The notes: generated by a model from the sequence alone, not told the origin. A DNA stretch of 60,890 bases, filler included, from Asterionella formosa (GCA_002256025.1; 5 parts of 5 records of this genome joined end to end with filler, not necessarily neighbours in it); one strand, 5' to 3'; shown: positions 1-13,370, counted from the first letter of the whole stretch. A program made the numbers and translations.

Positions 1-1935
1 GTTTCTACTACCTTTTTTGCAGCTACCTGCTCCACCACAAATGAAAGGAGCATCCAAAACTGAGTCGCATGGGGTTCAGAACTATTAGCTTGTTACATTT
101 ACAATACTACGGTGCATTCAGTACAGTGGTCTTAGACGCTGATATCTACTAACGGTATACAAGAATTATGTAGCAATGTAGTTGAAACACATAGAGATTC
201 CTGATTCCTGATCAGGTTATGAGTGTCAAAATATTTTCGCCTCTAGTGACCTGATTAGGAACATGTACCACAATCCACTAGATGATTGATTCAAGATTAC
301 ATGATTAAATATCGCGTGTAAAATGCCACAGTTGAGAGAGGAACTTTCCGGAGAAGTTCTCTCTAACCTGTTAATTGGACTCTAGAAGACGATCAGACCT
401 AGAATCCAAATCAATAAATGATTGACTAGACAATTACAGATATGTCCGTAACATCAAGGAACATTAAAGAAGCAAACTAGATATGATCTATTTATGATTA
501 ACAGGATCATTCTGTAAGCAGTCTTCGATCAAACAGCATCTGGCCTAAGTTGAGACAAGGCCAAGATTAAGACAAATGTGTATTTAGGAAGAGGATGTAG
601 TTTATTCTCAGTTCAAGTTGGGAACACAAATGAACCTCGCCTCCGAAGATCACCTCTATTTTGAAACATGCATGAGCTTGGAAGTTTCAAAATCATACAT
701 TCAAATTTACATTTACATTAAGCTCACTCTTTTATAAAAACAATTATTAGCAAACAAAGTAAAACAAACAAATTGTGTAGAAACATTTTTCTAGCAAATT
801 TTAGTGCGTGAGAGCTACAGATACGTAGCATCTACCAACTAATGTTGAACTGATGGCGGTGTATTAAGGTGGGAGATATTTTCTATTAAAATACCCTTAT
901 ATGTCGAGAGTACCGGTATTATAGAGTGTTTTGTACGTATATATTACATGTTGCAGGTAAGTGACATATCATGTACCGGTATGTATCATTCCATTTTGTC
1001 TGGATCTGTTTCAACCGTTGATGCTCACAACACATATGGCTATCAACATACACCGTATACACATTGTCTCCATTAATCGTACCTGTTACCAGGTACAGTG
1101 TTTCAACGAATCGCTCACATCTCAAAAACAAGTTTCCAATCTCACTTACCCATCATGATTGATGCGGATGCTTCTTCAGGTAGCACTATGGATAATACTA
1201 CCGGTACCGTCCCATACTCTGTGTCGGACCTTGGAAACTTTCGCGCAAAGGCCCTCTTTACTGTCCCTTCCAAAATGGCCCACCGTCTTATTCTTCATCC
1301 CATTCTCTGTTGCGGTTCTGAATTTATACTTGCAATTGATGATATAACAACAACAACAACAACATCTGCTGCTGCTGCTACTACTACTACTAATGATGAT
1401 GATGATGATGGTGCTGATAATGCTGGTGAGGTTGCATTTTTAAGTTGTGAATTCGAGTCTGCAGATCCTACTTCAACTGCCTTGGAACTATCCAAACGAT
1501 TATCTCATCGAGTTGGTGGTGATCCAAGTAATGCACCAGAGGCAGGTTTGATGTTGGGACTACTTGGGAAATAATCATTGAATATGGGAGGGGGGGGGGG
1601 GGGGGGGGGTTGAGGGATATTATTAAATTAATTTCTTGTTGTGCTATGTACAAGCATGTGACTACCGGAATACCTACCGTATTTCAACTCTGATCCCATC
1701 ACAGTACAATCTGAAGGGTGATAAAGGGAAGCTGCCCGTGAACAAAATAATCTCTACTCTTGTTTTTTTTCTGCAAGTCAAGTTTATATTCGTCTGGTTA
1801 CAGCATGCCAGATATTGAAAAAAATACCACACGCATTCTCCCCCAAGAAGCGTTGATACAAGTCATCTTGCCTTGACGTGGAGTTTGTGTAAGTCAATAA
1901 TATTGTGTTCTACTTGATGTGCTGCTGGCATCGTT

Positions 1936-2151
1936 TCATTGTTTGTCATTGTCATGTTCGTTTCTAACTTTAAAATGATTAGCACATGCTTTCCAATCAT
2001 CAATATATTGCTGACAAGATGCTTGATTGTTGTCTCGTCTTGCCAAACACCATTGAATGGCACAAGCCTTCTTGGCACATTCTGGAGGTGATCCATTCTC
2101 TCGGGTTCCGCCCTTTTTGCCACTCCCAGAATACACAAACGGTCCAGCCAT
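1936..2151 (-). CDS. CMC4: CMC4/p8-MTCP1-like twin CX9C mitochondrial intermembrane-space protein
   Basis: 71-aa ORF with CAKKACAIQWC...CQQYIDDWKAC, matching the MTCP1/Cmc4 cysteine spacing; head-to-head with RPB3. Confidence 0.75.
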   Translation of the reverse strand: MAGPFVYSGSGKKGGTRENGSPPECAKKACAIQWCLARRDNNQASCQQYIDDWKACANHFKVRNEHDNDKQ

Positions 2152-2716
2152 TGTACCAGTTTACTATGAGCGATAGATCGTCGTTGTCTTTTATAAAATA
2201 GTAGGAAATGATGTTTGTGAGAATTGAATGAATATAGGCTGGTATCGGCACCGGTAGTGTACTGCATGATGCGAGGACTGATACTGCTGATGGTGAAGGC
2301 GAGGATGGGAAAATAACAGTGATTTACATATATTGCTCGCATCAGATGATTGGCTCCTTTCCTTGCGGCAAAAAAACGAGTGCTGACCTACCGCCCTTGG
2401 CTTGCAGTAAAAGACGGTTCTTATTATCAGGAAAACAAAGCTAAATTACTCCCGCAACTTTCTCTGGTCATGGTTTTTGTTCAAACTCCTGGTGCTGTAC
2501 ACTGTAAATGGGAACTGACCGGCGGCCAGACGAATCCTCCGATCTCACCAAATAATTTTTTTTTACATGTATGGATTTATTTCATCGTCGACCTTGTCCT
2601 CGTTGTCGGCATTTCATCTCTCTTGTCCCTTTGAATGCTGTCATTGCAATTGAATATTTGCGTTATAGGACATTACAGACTGAAACAAACCAGCACAAGC
2701 ACTCATCAATTGCACA

Positions 2717-3983
2717 ATGCCCCACCAACGATTCCCCAAAGTCAAGATCATCGACATGAAGGCGCACGAGCTTCGGTTCATCTTGTCGGACACTGACGTT
2801 AGCGTTGCCAATGCCCTTCGCCGCATCATGATCGCTGAAGTACCCACCTTGGCTATTGACTTGGTGGAGTTTAGTGCCAACTCCACTGTACTCAATGATG
2901 AGTACATTGCACTCCGTTTAGGGTTGACACCGATTAGGTATCAGCCTCCAGATTCAATGAAGTGAGTCCCATCCCATCAAGTGGATTTCATTTCCATGTG
3001 CTGCTTGTACCTACGGTATATAAATACATATATATGTTTGCCCTTGATCTTTCCTTTTAATCTACAATCATCTAAACGAAACCAACCTAAGCTAACCTAA
3101 CCTAATACTCTCCATCCATCCTTTCCAACAACCCCAGGGGCGGAGACTGTCATGGAGCATTCTTACCACATCGGGAATGTGTCTGTTACGAGCGTTGTCC
3201 CAGATGTTCTGTGGAATTTGAGCTTGATGTACACTTTGATAAAGTTAATCCAACACGATCCGAAGATGAAGTCTTGGCTCCACTCACCATTACCAGCAGA
3301 GATTTGGTACGTCTCAACTATTGTCATGGTCTATATCCCCTAATTGATGCTACTACTACTCTATTACTTACCAGTAACCTCACACACACTTATGCTCACT
3401 CACACAACACTTCCTTTTCTAGAAATCCAACAATGATTGCGTCACACCAGCCCACTTTTTGAATCAAGATGAACAAGATGAGAGTCAAGATGATGGCATC
3501 GCCATTGTTAAGATTGGCCCTGGACAGCACTTGAAATTAAAAGCCATTGCTCGGATGGGGATATCCAAAGAACATGCCAAATGGTGCCCCGTGGCCGTTG
3601 TGACGTATAGATTCTGGCCCATTCTTACTATTAATGAAACACAGTGTTTGCAATTAACCATGGAACAGAAACAACAATTGGTAGATATATGTCCAGACAG
3701 GATTTTGGAAATTGATGAAGTTACTGGAAATTTGCAAGGAGTCCAAGATATTCATGAGCGAGCAACCTTTACAGAAGAACTCAAATTCTTTCAAGATCAA
3801 ATGAAGAAGCGACCTGAAGATGAAGACTTTGTCACATGTGTTCAAGCTACAGACAGATTCATATTTACAGTGGAAACTACAGGGGCTATGGATGCAGATG
3901 AAATTTTGTTGAGTGCCTTGCGTGTCTTGAAAGATCGATTGAATTATTTGGCACAAGAAGTTGAGAATTTAAGGGATATGTAA
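2717..3983 (+). CDS. RPB3: RNA polymerase II subunit RPB3; exons 2717-2961, 3138-3306, 3423-3983
   Basis: SVANALRRIMIAEVPTLAID, Zn motif CVCYERCPRC, GISKEHAKWCPV, FIFTVETTG; two GT-AG introns join the pieces in frame. Confidence 0.97.
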
Positions 3984-4073
3984 ACGGTATAATGCATTCT
4001 TGCAATTCTGATGAAAATGGGGGTCAATTTAGTAAAGGGAGGATTGTGCTACTATTTTATTATTATTTTTGTT

Positions 4074-6530
4074 TTACTTCAACGTTTTGGTAGATTGCTT
4101 CAAATTGGTTTCAATTTCTTGCAACAATGCGAGAACAGAGGCGCGAACTTCAGGATTCCATCCATTTTCACCATCAGTGGTGCTTTGGAGACACTTCTTG
4201 GCATCTTCTATTGCCCGAACAATCTTGCGACTAACAGGTTTTAGCAAGATCGATTGAGTGGCAAAGTTGTCCAGATAGAGCCCCATTTGATTCGTTACTT
4301 CCGCTAATTGAGCCTCGAGAGTCATCGCTGCACTCTCTAACATTGCCTTGACCACATCGCCCTTTGCAAAAGGCTGGGTGGCCGCAGTATCACCCATTAC
4401 TTTGCATTGCGCGCCAAAGTCTAGCAAATCGCGAGCAATAGTAGTAGACGTATGATCGATAAAATCGTTGCAGGCACTTCGAAGAGCGTCTTCCAAATCT
4501 CGCTTTGAATCCACATTTGCTTCTTGGACGGAAACTCCCTCCCTCAATAAAGTGACTAAAGCATTCTCAGTGCTCATGCTAAAGAGCCTACGGTTACGAT
4601 TTGCCAAGAAACGCGAGACTGCTTTTCCAGCATCACTAAAATCCAACTGGCGTTCCACCGAACGCAACTCGATGTCAAAGGGCGACAACTGCTCCCGTAG
4701 GATCAGCAAGTGTTTGACGAGAAACAGATCAGCATGTAAGACACCACTCTTGTGCAAGATATAGGATGATCCATCTTTTAAGCATCGAGTACAAGCTTGG
4801 ACCGAATCTCGGGCAATGTCTTCAAACACACGTGCTTCAACCACTCGAAATATTTTGGAAAGGATCCGCAACACGCTGCGCATAGGTGGGAACCAGGATT
4901 CATAAACTTGCAACTGCTTCTCAATGGCATCGTCTTCCTCCTTTTCTGCAGCCGTTTCCATCGTTCTTTTCATTAGTTTGGCTGGATAATCCAAGTCATC
5001 TGGAGCCGATCGAAACCTAACAACTTCCTTATGCAACGCACTGTTTGCGCAGAAAATAAGTCTCTCTTGCGCATCTTCAATAACTGTTGAGATGGCCCGC
5101 GCAGCCGCCATTGTCGTTGGGCTGGAAGAAGCCATGGAACGTTCTTCACGCAGAACACTTACAATCTGACAAAGGGTATCCAAGTCTAGGACAGTAACTA
5201 ATCCCCGGCGGACAGTTCGATGTAAAGCATTACAAAGGTTTGTGAGGTAGTTTTGGAAGTCTGAGTCATAGTACGTCCCATCATCTGACATGACTTGAGA
5301 AGCCATATTCGAAGCAGTGGCTGACAAGCGATTCACCTCTTCGGCATCTTCATTCTTGTCTCCAAAAAAGTCAAGATACAAGGATGTTTCCACGGTACAC
5401 AGTCGAATCAAAAAGACACTAGCAAGGCGAGTCATCCCCACAAGGCCATGCTGATCTCTGAGCGTGTCCATATGGGCACGTAGAGTAAGCTTCAATAGCG
5501 ACTCTCTGGAAGCGCAATAGTTGTTTCTCGAAAGGTTCAAGAAATCACGGTATGCATCTCCTCTGTGCAACCGCTTGGTCACCATCATCATCAAGCGATT
5601 AGTTCTAGCGGAAATGCCATGGAAACGCGTGTAAACGAGTGATGCTTCGAGCTTGTCAGCAGCAATAGGAACTTTGGATGTGTTGAGAATATTGGCAACA
5701 TCAGCCGTTGCTTGAGAAACTCTATCGACAACGGCTTCTCTCATTAGGTACATCACCGCTTCTTGCAAGGCAACAGAGCGTCGGTAGTATTCCATAGTCC
5801 CACTCGTCCCTTGCCCCCCTCCTGCCGCCCTGTTCCGTTCCGCAATCAGCAACGCCTCCTTCCCCCCACATTCTCTTCCGAAGAAGTCCACTGCTTCATC
5901 AATTTGGTCCAGAATAGCAGGGAATTCGTCATTGTCAACCTTGATCTTGGCCAATCCGCGCACCGTGGTGCGTCCCTTGAACAGCACCCCCACCAAAACG
6001 CCAATGCGGTCCACAGCGTCGTAGTGCTTGAGCGGCATGCCAATCTCCTGCGCATGCCTATTCAGCTGCGCTTCTTCGGCTTGCAGCCGGTCCGCCGCAG
6101 CCGAAAGCTCCCCCGAATGTCTCAATAGTTCTGCGTGGCGGTTGGAGATATCTTCCGCAATGTTGATGGAAGCACGCAACGCTAGTCGCATCGACGTGGT
6201 GTGCTTCAGCAGGTTCGTGACTTGGTCAGACACTTGCACTGTCTTTTGGAGCGTTTCCTGGACTGGGCCGCTTGTTCCTGCCTGCAACAGGAGGCGAGAG
6301 TCGGGCGACACGATGCACTCTGCAAGAGTCCACGTTGAGGATGATAACTGACCATTGTCAGAAACTGCTCCTGTTGCTGTTGCTGTTGCTGTTCCTGCTC
6401 CTGCTCCTGCTGTTGCTGCTCCAGCTAGCTCTGACGGTCCTGCCGTTAGCGCTGCGATCCGCTGCAAGCGAGTGATCTGAGCAGCAGACCTTGGTGCAAA
6501 TGTTTCGTAAGAAACATTCATCGTCATCAT
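4074..6530 (-). CDS. COG3: Conserved oligomeric Golgi complex subunit 3 (Sec34)
   Basis: 818-aa single-exon ORF with IEDAQERLIF, DLDYPAKL, WFPPMR, LFLVKHLLILREQLSPFDI and DSKRDLE motifs of COG3. Confidence 0.93.
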   Translation of the reverse strand: MMTMNVSYETFAPRSAAQITRLQRIAALTAGPSELAGAATAGAGAGTATATATGAVSDNGQLSSSTWTLAECIVSPDSRLLLQAGTSGPVQETLQKTVQVSDQVTNLLKHTTSMRLALRASINIAEDISNRHAELLRHSGELSAAADRLQAEEAQLNRHAQEIGMPLKHYDAVDRIGVLVGVLFKGRTTVRGLAKIKVDNDEFPAILDQIDEAVDFFGRECGGKEALLIAERNRAAGGGQGTSGTMEYYRRSVALQEAVMYLMREAVVDRVSQATADVANILNTSKVPIAADKLEASLVYTRFHGISARTNRLMMMVTKRLHRGDAYRDFLNLSRNNYCASRESLLKLTLRAHMDTLRDQHGLVGMTRLASVFLIRLCTVETSLYLDFFGDKNEDAEEVNRLSATASNMASQVMSDDGTYYDSDFQNYLTNLCNALHRTVRRGLVTVLDLDTLCQIVSVLREERSMASSSPTTMAAARAISTVIEDAQERLIFCANSALHKEVVRFRSAPDDLDYPAKLMKRTMETAAEKEEDDAIEKQLQVYESWFPPMRSVLRILSKIFRVVEARVFEDIARDSVQACTRCLKDGSSYILHKSGVLHADLFLVKHLLILREQLSPFDIELRSVERQLDFSDAGKAVSRFLANRNRRLFSMSTENALVTLLREGVSVQEANVDSKRDLEDALRSACNDFIDHTSTTIARDLLDFGAQCKVMGDTAATQPFAKGDVVKAMLESAAMTLEAQLAEVTNQMGLYLDNFATQSILLKPVSRKIVRAIEDAKKCLQSTTDGENGWNPEVRASVLALLQEIETNLKQSTKTLK

Positions 6531-9500
6531 CTTGATAATTAATAAAATATATTAGTTAGATCGATAAATCCTGTATACAGTAGTATGTAACTTGTGTATG
6601 TACCGGTACTTCGTAGCTCATCCATTTGCTTGTGAGGATGATGCAGGTGCCTCCACCCAGCACCCCATTCTATTACCTGTCATCCACTGAGTCTTGCAAT
6701 TTTTTCGTCATGTTGCTTGCATCACCAATCATGTCCAAAGCATAAGATGTATTTACCCAACACCCAGACTTTAAAGTATTTTATTTTCTATATAGTTTAT
6801 AGCAAACAATACTTGCTTCATGTCATCTGTAATTGAACCCTTTATTTTGAGACTTTGTGGCATGGGATGTGCTAGAATTAATTCCTTCCTTCCTTAAAAG
6901 TCATGTCTAGTACTATAACTTCACTATCCTGCATCTTCAAAAAAGACATCATCTTCTATCAACAGTGTGACCTTGCTTGAGTTGAACAATATTAATCAAT
7001 GCAATAATTGTCAATTAAAATGAAAGTTCTGAAATGCATAACCCTGCTGGTGAAATTTCTAACATTGATTCACAATCAAAGTACATTCATACAGACATGA
7101 TCACTGTATATATGGTTTGTATTAGTAGTATGTAAAATCCTCTATATTAGGTAGATTTGACCTTTTATCAATCATTTCGATTTGTCAAAAATGTGCTGGG
7201 TGGGCAGCGGGAAATCTCTGTAAGCAGCATTATTGGTCAAGCTTTGATGACCTTTTAGGTAATTCTTCTTCTTCTTTGAAATAAGGATAACATACCAATG
7301 CCTCAGCATAGAGCTTAAGAAAATTAATTAAACAACATAGTAGTATTCATATCGACAATTGCAAGATGGATGAATGCAGTTTGTTTTACAGATGAGACTC
7401 GAAGAAGAAAGCATCACTTTTTCAATGGTTATGAGAAGCAAGGCTGAGGACACAACCTTAGCCTACCATCAATTTTTCATTGCTGAATACTTCAAGCAAG
7501 AGTTGAATGCTCCAAGTTGGGTACCATTTACCACAGAACAATCTAAACTTATAGAGTCACAAGGTTGCTTTAGTTTTCAAGAAAACAGGAACGATATAAT
7601 AAGTATAGAGATAACAATATAATCTCTTTGGTAGAATGCACATCATGCTGACAACTTTGAGACCTCACCAGATCGTCCAATGGGAGGCAATTTTAGTGGC
7701 AAAGAAAAATGAAGAGCAAGCTGTTATGATTGTTGGACGGGATGAAGCAACTTTCAAACAATTTTTGTTGAATACCAAAATGTGGACAGGTAGCCTTAAA
7801 CTGGATGGCATGATGCACATGAAATCATCAACCTTGATTCAAGTTTGAGACATATCATGTCAATGTATGTGTGGTAGTGAATTATTGAAAGAGAAAGTAA
7901 TGATGGGCACATGGGGGCCACGCTTGGATTTGCCTTTAGGTCATGCATGTTTACACTGATGTGTCATGCAGCAATTGCTGGCAGCGAGGGGGTTGAATAT
8001 ATGTGTGCTGTCTGTGCCAAGCAAAAGGGGCACATAAGAACCTATCACTGAAATAGAAATATAGAAATGAAGAAGGAGAATCAGGGAAAGAGAAATTTAA
8101 TGAAAAGTGTTCTTAGGTGCATCATGTCTATCAGGAAGTAATATCAATTTTGCGGATACAAAAATTTAAAAGACAAGCTTGTTGTCAGAAAATGTTGGCT
8201 TAGCATGCCATTGCTTGACTCCGGCCAATGCAGTCAAGCACTACAGTTGCAGTGCTCTAAACATGATCCAGTGGCAATCCAAGATCTTGTTGCAAAGAAG
8301 ATGAAGACTCATGTGCTTTGATGTGCCTTGGACTTTGATTACAAGCTTGTAATAAAAAATTGCAAAATGGCACCCAAAACAACAACACTGCAAATGCTAC
8401 TTCGCCCCAGCCAAGCAAGAATTAAATCTGTCAGATGGATATGCTGGCACACTAGTTGACCTTGTTGTTGAATACAGGAATCGTGAAGATGATCGATATG
8501 GAATTGACCTTGATGCCCAAGCCCGTCAATACAAGGGAACTGCCCAAGCTCATGTCTGCAAATAAAAATATTATATTTATATGATCACGGATATATTACA
8601 ATATGTAGCATAGAATCTTTTGCCACATGATACATATTTAGTAATATATATGATAAATTTAGTATAGTATAATTATATGATCAAGTATACTACTACTTAT
8701 CATAAACAAAACACTATATAATTATCAAATCATTATCCTATGATGTACATTCTTTCATCATCTTACCATGATGGTAATTCTAATCGAATTCACTGTTGAA
8801 AATAGGATGAAATGGGATGAAGATTTTACTGGAAATGATTTTTATGTTTCTATATTCTGTGCGGTTGCACAATGTTCCCCTTTTCTATTGTCTCAATCTT
8901 CTTGATGCATGATGCCTCCTGCCTCCCGTCAATGCTCTTGCTGCATAGCTACTTTCCCCTGTCTCCCTCCAATGCTATTTATGCATGCCGCCCATCTCGT
9001 CCCTTTCACTCTAATTCTGAAACTCATCTGACTGTCTCCTGCCTGTTCCCTTTTTTTGCTACGATTCTGAATTCACATGCGCTTTTCTATTGTTTTATCC
9101 GTTTTGATTTTCTAAACATACTAACTATCAAAAGGGAATACTCATAGTTGGCCATATTTTAATTCAGCCTCAACATCGCAGTTCCATTTTATCATGCTTC
9201 ACTTACCAGAAATCGATGAACTTTTTGCATAATTGAGTAAAATAATGCGTCATTCGAATATCACATAAAAAACCGTTAGGCCTAACAGTTTTGCTCTATC
9301 ATCCACTGCCCCAAAATTATCGCAGTATGACGTATTATTTTTGATTGATCAATTACTTTTTTTGTGATTGATCATAGATTGCTTATGTTGCATCGATAAG
9401 TAACCTACCTTTATGATAGTACATGCATCATGTATATATCAGTTAATTTTCAGATTAATGGATCAAACGATACGCTTCTTGTCAATATAGCACTCTTATT

Positions 9501-10303
9501 TTTAATATCAGCTAATTTTTAGATTTACGATCTAAAGACAGAAATCGTTCGATCAAGTTTCAGCCAGTGGAGGCATATGCATTGTTGTCCTTTGCATTTC
9601 CATCACACAATCGAAGAGCAAAATAAAACAGAAAAGAAGAAAAAATCGGAAACCAATTAAGATCTGCATCGTTATGTACCATAGGTCATCTTGTTGCTGC
9701 AACCATGCATATAGCTGTGGTAGTAGCCTGACACAAGTAGCAGGCAGGGCGGGGGGCTTCCGCCCACAGTCGTTCCTCCCTCCTGCCACCTCCAAACAAC
9801 CCTGATCATTCCACTCGATTTTGAGCAAGCATGATAGCCAGGCTGCTCCAGCATTATCGACTCGATCTAGCTGAATAATGATAGTTAGAACTTGTAGTAG
9901 AAAGGTAGCAAAGCGCGTTAGTACAAGAAAAGCATTGCTTGGCGGCAATATTGACATCATGGTCAATGACTATACAATTCAACAAATAAGATCAACAAAA
10001 ATCATCAAAGAGTAGGTATCGATCATTTCGGACCATACTAAAAGCAACAAAATCGGAAATTCGACAGAGTATCTTCATTCCACATTCAGTGTTTCACGGT
10101 TGTACTCACCGATCCGCTCTAACTAACATAACCAGCAGCAGACGATGGGATCTATCAAAAGTCGAAATGTCCCTGTTGCAAGCCCAAATTGAGCAACGGC
10201 AGGCAGGATCGAGTGAGAAATATAATTTTGAGGACGAAATCGGGCATATGTAAAATCAATGAATATGTGAAGCAAATAATTTAACATACTAGTCTTGTAA
10301 GGA

Positions 10304-10542
10304 GGGGAATGGCTTAGTGGTTCTTAGCACACCCACTGTGGTGGCGGGTTCGATTCCTGCATTCTCCACCTGTCTTTTTCATGTAGTCCCTAGGGTTCCG
10401 GGGGGTGCGGCTGACGAAAAGACAGGTCCTGTTGTACCGTACGGACGAATAAAACCGGTACTAATAGAGTCCATCTATTTGGTGGGCCCGAGTGCAATTA
10501 TTGGATAGCTTTAATGTACTATAAAATTTAATTGACATTTTT
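10304..10542 (+). mobile_element. tRNA-derived SINE, full-length copy with 19-bp TSD
   Basis: A box TGGCTTAGTGG, B box GGTTCGATTCC, acceptor-like stem GGGGAAT/ATTCTCC, 3' TTTTT; flanked by CATACTAGTCTTGTAAGGA at 10285-10303 and 10543-10561; homologous copy at 56774-56979. Confidence 0.85.
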
Positions 10543-10789
10543 CATACTAGTCTTGTAAGGATATAACCAAGTCTACAGCATGTATATATTATAATGAAGT
10601 GTTCAAAGTAAGCATCAATTTTTAGCTTAAGGTTCCTGCATTTCAACCCTAGTTTAGAGGTAGGGTTAAGAAATAATATTGAGTCAGAATACTCAAACAC
10701 ACAAAAACATTAATGTGTATCTCTAAACGGAGCTTTCACCAAAATACACCCTTTCCATATGCTTAGATACAGTCATTGACCAAAGTAGC

Positions 10790-10997
10790 GGTATAGGTCA
10801 ACGCTATATATCGTCAGGATATAGAATCTGGCAAGAAATTGCAGAAAGGAACTTCGGTTTTTAAACTATGCTATAAAGACTACAAATTTTGGGGGAAATC
10901 ACTTTACCGGTATTTGGCATAGTTTAAAAAAAAACGAAGTTCCTTTCTGCAGTTTCTCGCCAGAAGTTATATACTGATGCTATTTGAAGTTTACCTA
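10790..10997. repeat. Fold-back inverted repeat, MITE-like
   Basis: 10827-10871 is a near reverse complement of 10917-10964; weaker pairing extends outward. Confidence 0.7.
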
Positions 10998-12114
10998 GTA
11001 TGTATCTAAATTGGCTTCAGACCCAGCCAACGTTGAGCTATTGTTGTCCAATGCATGGTTTTTTAGTACCACGTACAAATATAGTAGGCTATATGACTAG
11101 AATATCTGTTCAGCACAAAAATGACTGGAGCTAAAACTTGCTGCCAACATCAGATGTACCAATATCATTGTTCGTCCGAAAAACTGTGGATGATGTGAGT
11201 ACATGAATCTCATGAGAAGACAAGCAATCCAACAACCAAACACATCCATTCGGCAATGAACTGCCATTGGCGTCATCACTGGCTGAACTGATTTTGCTTC
11301 AGACTGGGCATGATGGACAATGATCAGCATGGTAGAAGGTGAATTAAAATATTCACTTTTCAGGCGATGAACAAAAACCAGGTGAACACTACATATATTT
11401 AAAATAAATCTGTAGTAGAGTACTATGTAAAATGGTTTCCTCAAGTCGTAGACCCCTTGCCGATTTCAGCAATCCCAGGAAAACCGAGGGGCAATTGGCG
11501 TATTTTGTCTTTCCGAAATGCGAACATACGAAATATTGAAAATATTTAACGATATTTATGATGGGCAATATCGGACCGGAAATATTCAACAAATATATTT
11601 TATGATGGGCTATATAGCACGCAAGAAATGACATTTGCGCTCCATGATTGGGCAGTAGGTAAGCGGATGGGGCGACGATAGCTAGTTTTTGAATTGCCTC
11701 AACATTGCCCTTCTCGGTATATACCGGTACTTGCCTTCTCGTTGACATGTGTACTTGCAACAGGCAAGAAACCTCCTCAGACGTGTCTTGCCTTTAGCAT
11801 TGGTTCTTCCCATATATTACAGCCACCCATCACTTCACTTTATTCGAAGTTACCAGGCACCGGTAATACACACAGTCCTGTACTTCAGATCCTTACTACA
11901 TTGAGGTTACCAGTATATCTAGAAGTAGGACACCTTTGTGCCGAGAGATTAATGTTGGTCGCAGTGTATGGAGTAATTAATGCACAATGCAATCAGGAAT
12001 GGCTCCTAGAGATGCTTGTCGCGATTTCAATTTCAGTTGGGTTCTCCTGTTTGTTGTCATCGTTATCATTGCCACGGATCTGAAATTTTTTCGTGAACGT
12101 GAAGACAGCACTTG

Positions 12115-12214
12115 NNNNNNNNNNNNNNNNNNNNNNNNNNNNNNNNNNNNNNNNNNNNTTAATTAATTAANNNNNNNNNNNNNNNNNNNNNNNNNNNNNN
12201 NNNNNNNNNNNNNN
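12115..12214. other. Artificial contig linker
   Basis: N44-TTAATTAATTAA-N44, which gives stops in all six frames. Confidence 0.98.
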
Positions 12215-12239
12215 GCCTATCTCGTCCGACAGGCATTAG

Positions 12240-12415
12240 ATGATCCATTGGGAGTGCGTCGAAACTGAAATGGTGTGCATAAAACATGCGCTACTGGACC
12301 TTCCACTCTTCTAGTTTCAGAATCCACATGTTTAGGAATCCTACCTTTCTACATTTAGAACCTGCTGACAACATCTAGAATTTGTTGACTCCAACTAAAT
12401 CTTGCTGACAGCAAC
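12240..12415. repeat. Interspersed repeat fragments shared with the 56056-56436 region
   Basis: 12240-12305 aligns directly to about 56372-56436; 12309-12415 aligns inverted to about 56095-56203. Confidence 0.7.
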
Positions 12416-13370
12416 TCCTGCCATTCATGGTGTTCGGTTGTTGCTGGTCGAATAATTCAGGGAATATCTTCATGAAAAGTACTTTTACATTATTAAATGC
12501 AAAAAGATCTATACAAAGGTCTATGCATCTTACTATATTTATCATCAGGTTTCAACCAGCCATAAGTTTTTGTGGTTCATGTGTCAAAAGGTATTAGTAT
12601 GTTAGCATTGTTTGCTTCTTAGTTACAGGAGTACCATGTATAGGTAGGTGCCAAGAAAATATCAGACCTATTATATTCTATTTATTAACCATCATCAGTT
12701 TAGACTTCTACACTAATACCAGTATGTGTGTACTACGCATGTATATTTATATGTATCTATGTATGTTCAATCCATTATGTGGGAAAATATTCTTCTGTAT
12801 TTCTAGCAAATAAATATTGTTAAATGATGGGAATCCAGAAAGAAGAAATGAAGGATTGATCACAACATTAGCAACTTCTGGTGGTTCCCTTGGCAAATCT
12901 TGGAAGCCTTTCAGAATTAAGATTAACTAATGAATTTATATAGACCTGTTTGTTTGCTACTTGGAGTAGCAATTAATAATTAATTTTTTTTATATCAGCA
13001 ACACATTGATTGGATGTTTGACGATGCAGCCACTCTCACGGGAGTTAAATTGACTTGTCATCACATAAAATGTATGTATATGTCCATGAATATTCAGGAT
13101 TATTCCAAGGACTAAACAAATATACCGGTATCTTATTTGCTTGATGCTCGATCGTTCTGATGATAAACAAGAAATGATGTTTTTCAGTACGTATAGTATA
13201 TACAGGGTATATGAATAGCATGTTTGGCATGTATGAAGTATGAAATGTGAAAATCTACCAACCCAAAGAAGTCAAAAGATAATATTGACTGATGCTCTCG
13301 CACTCATTTAATTTTTTATCGACAAGAAATCAGAAACGTGACTCCCTCATCAACCTTACAATCCAGTAAA

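Noticed and set aside
224..533. Possible solo LTR starting TGTCAAAATATT
   Set aside because: Only the first bases resemble the copia LTR start; no TSD or defined end found
1098..1574. 158-aa ORF with Thr/Ala/Asp runs
   Set aside because: No ATG at the called start, contains trinucleotide microsatellites, no recognisable domain; cannot be supported as a gene
1590..1609. 20-nt poly-G run (possible G-quadruplex)
   Set aside because: Simple homopolymer, possibly a sequencing artefact; no further support
6650..7205. 11-bp inverted pair CCACCCAGCAC/GTGCTGGGTGG as TIRs
   Set aside because: Too short and no TSD identified
7300..8570. Fragmented protein-like ORFs
   Set aside because: Many stops and no diagnostic motif; probably an old TE relic but unassignable
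10304..10370. Functional tRNA gene
   Set aside because: No canonical anticodon arm; continues into a repeated body flanked by a TSD, so it is treated as a SINE head
10405..10465. Hammerhead ribozyme (CTGACGA...GAA) in the SINE body
   Set aside because: No GAAA core or stem II/III geometry; the CTGACGA lies within a different hairpin
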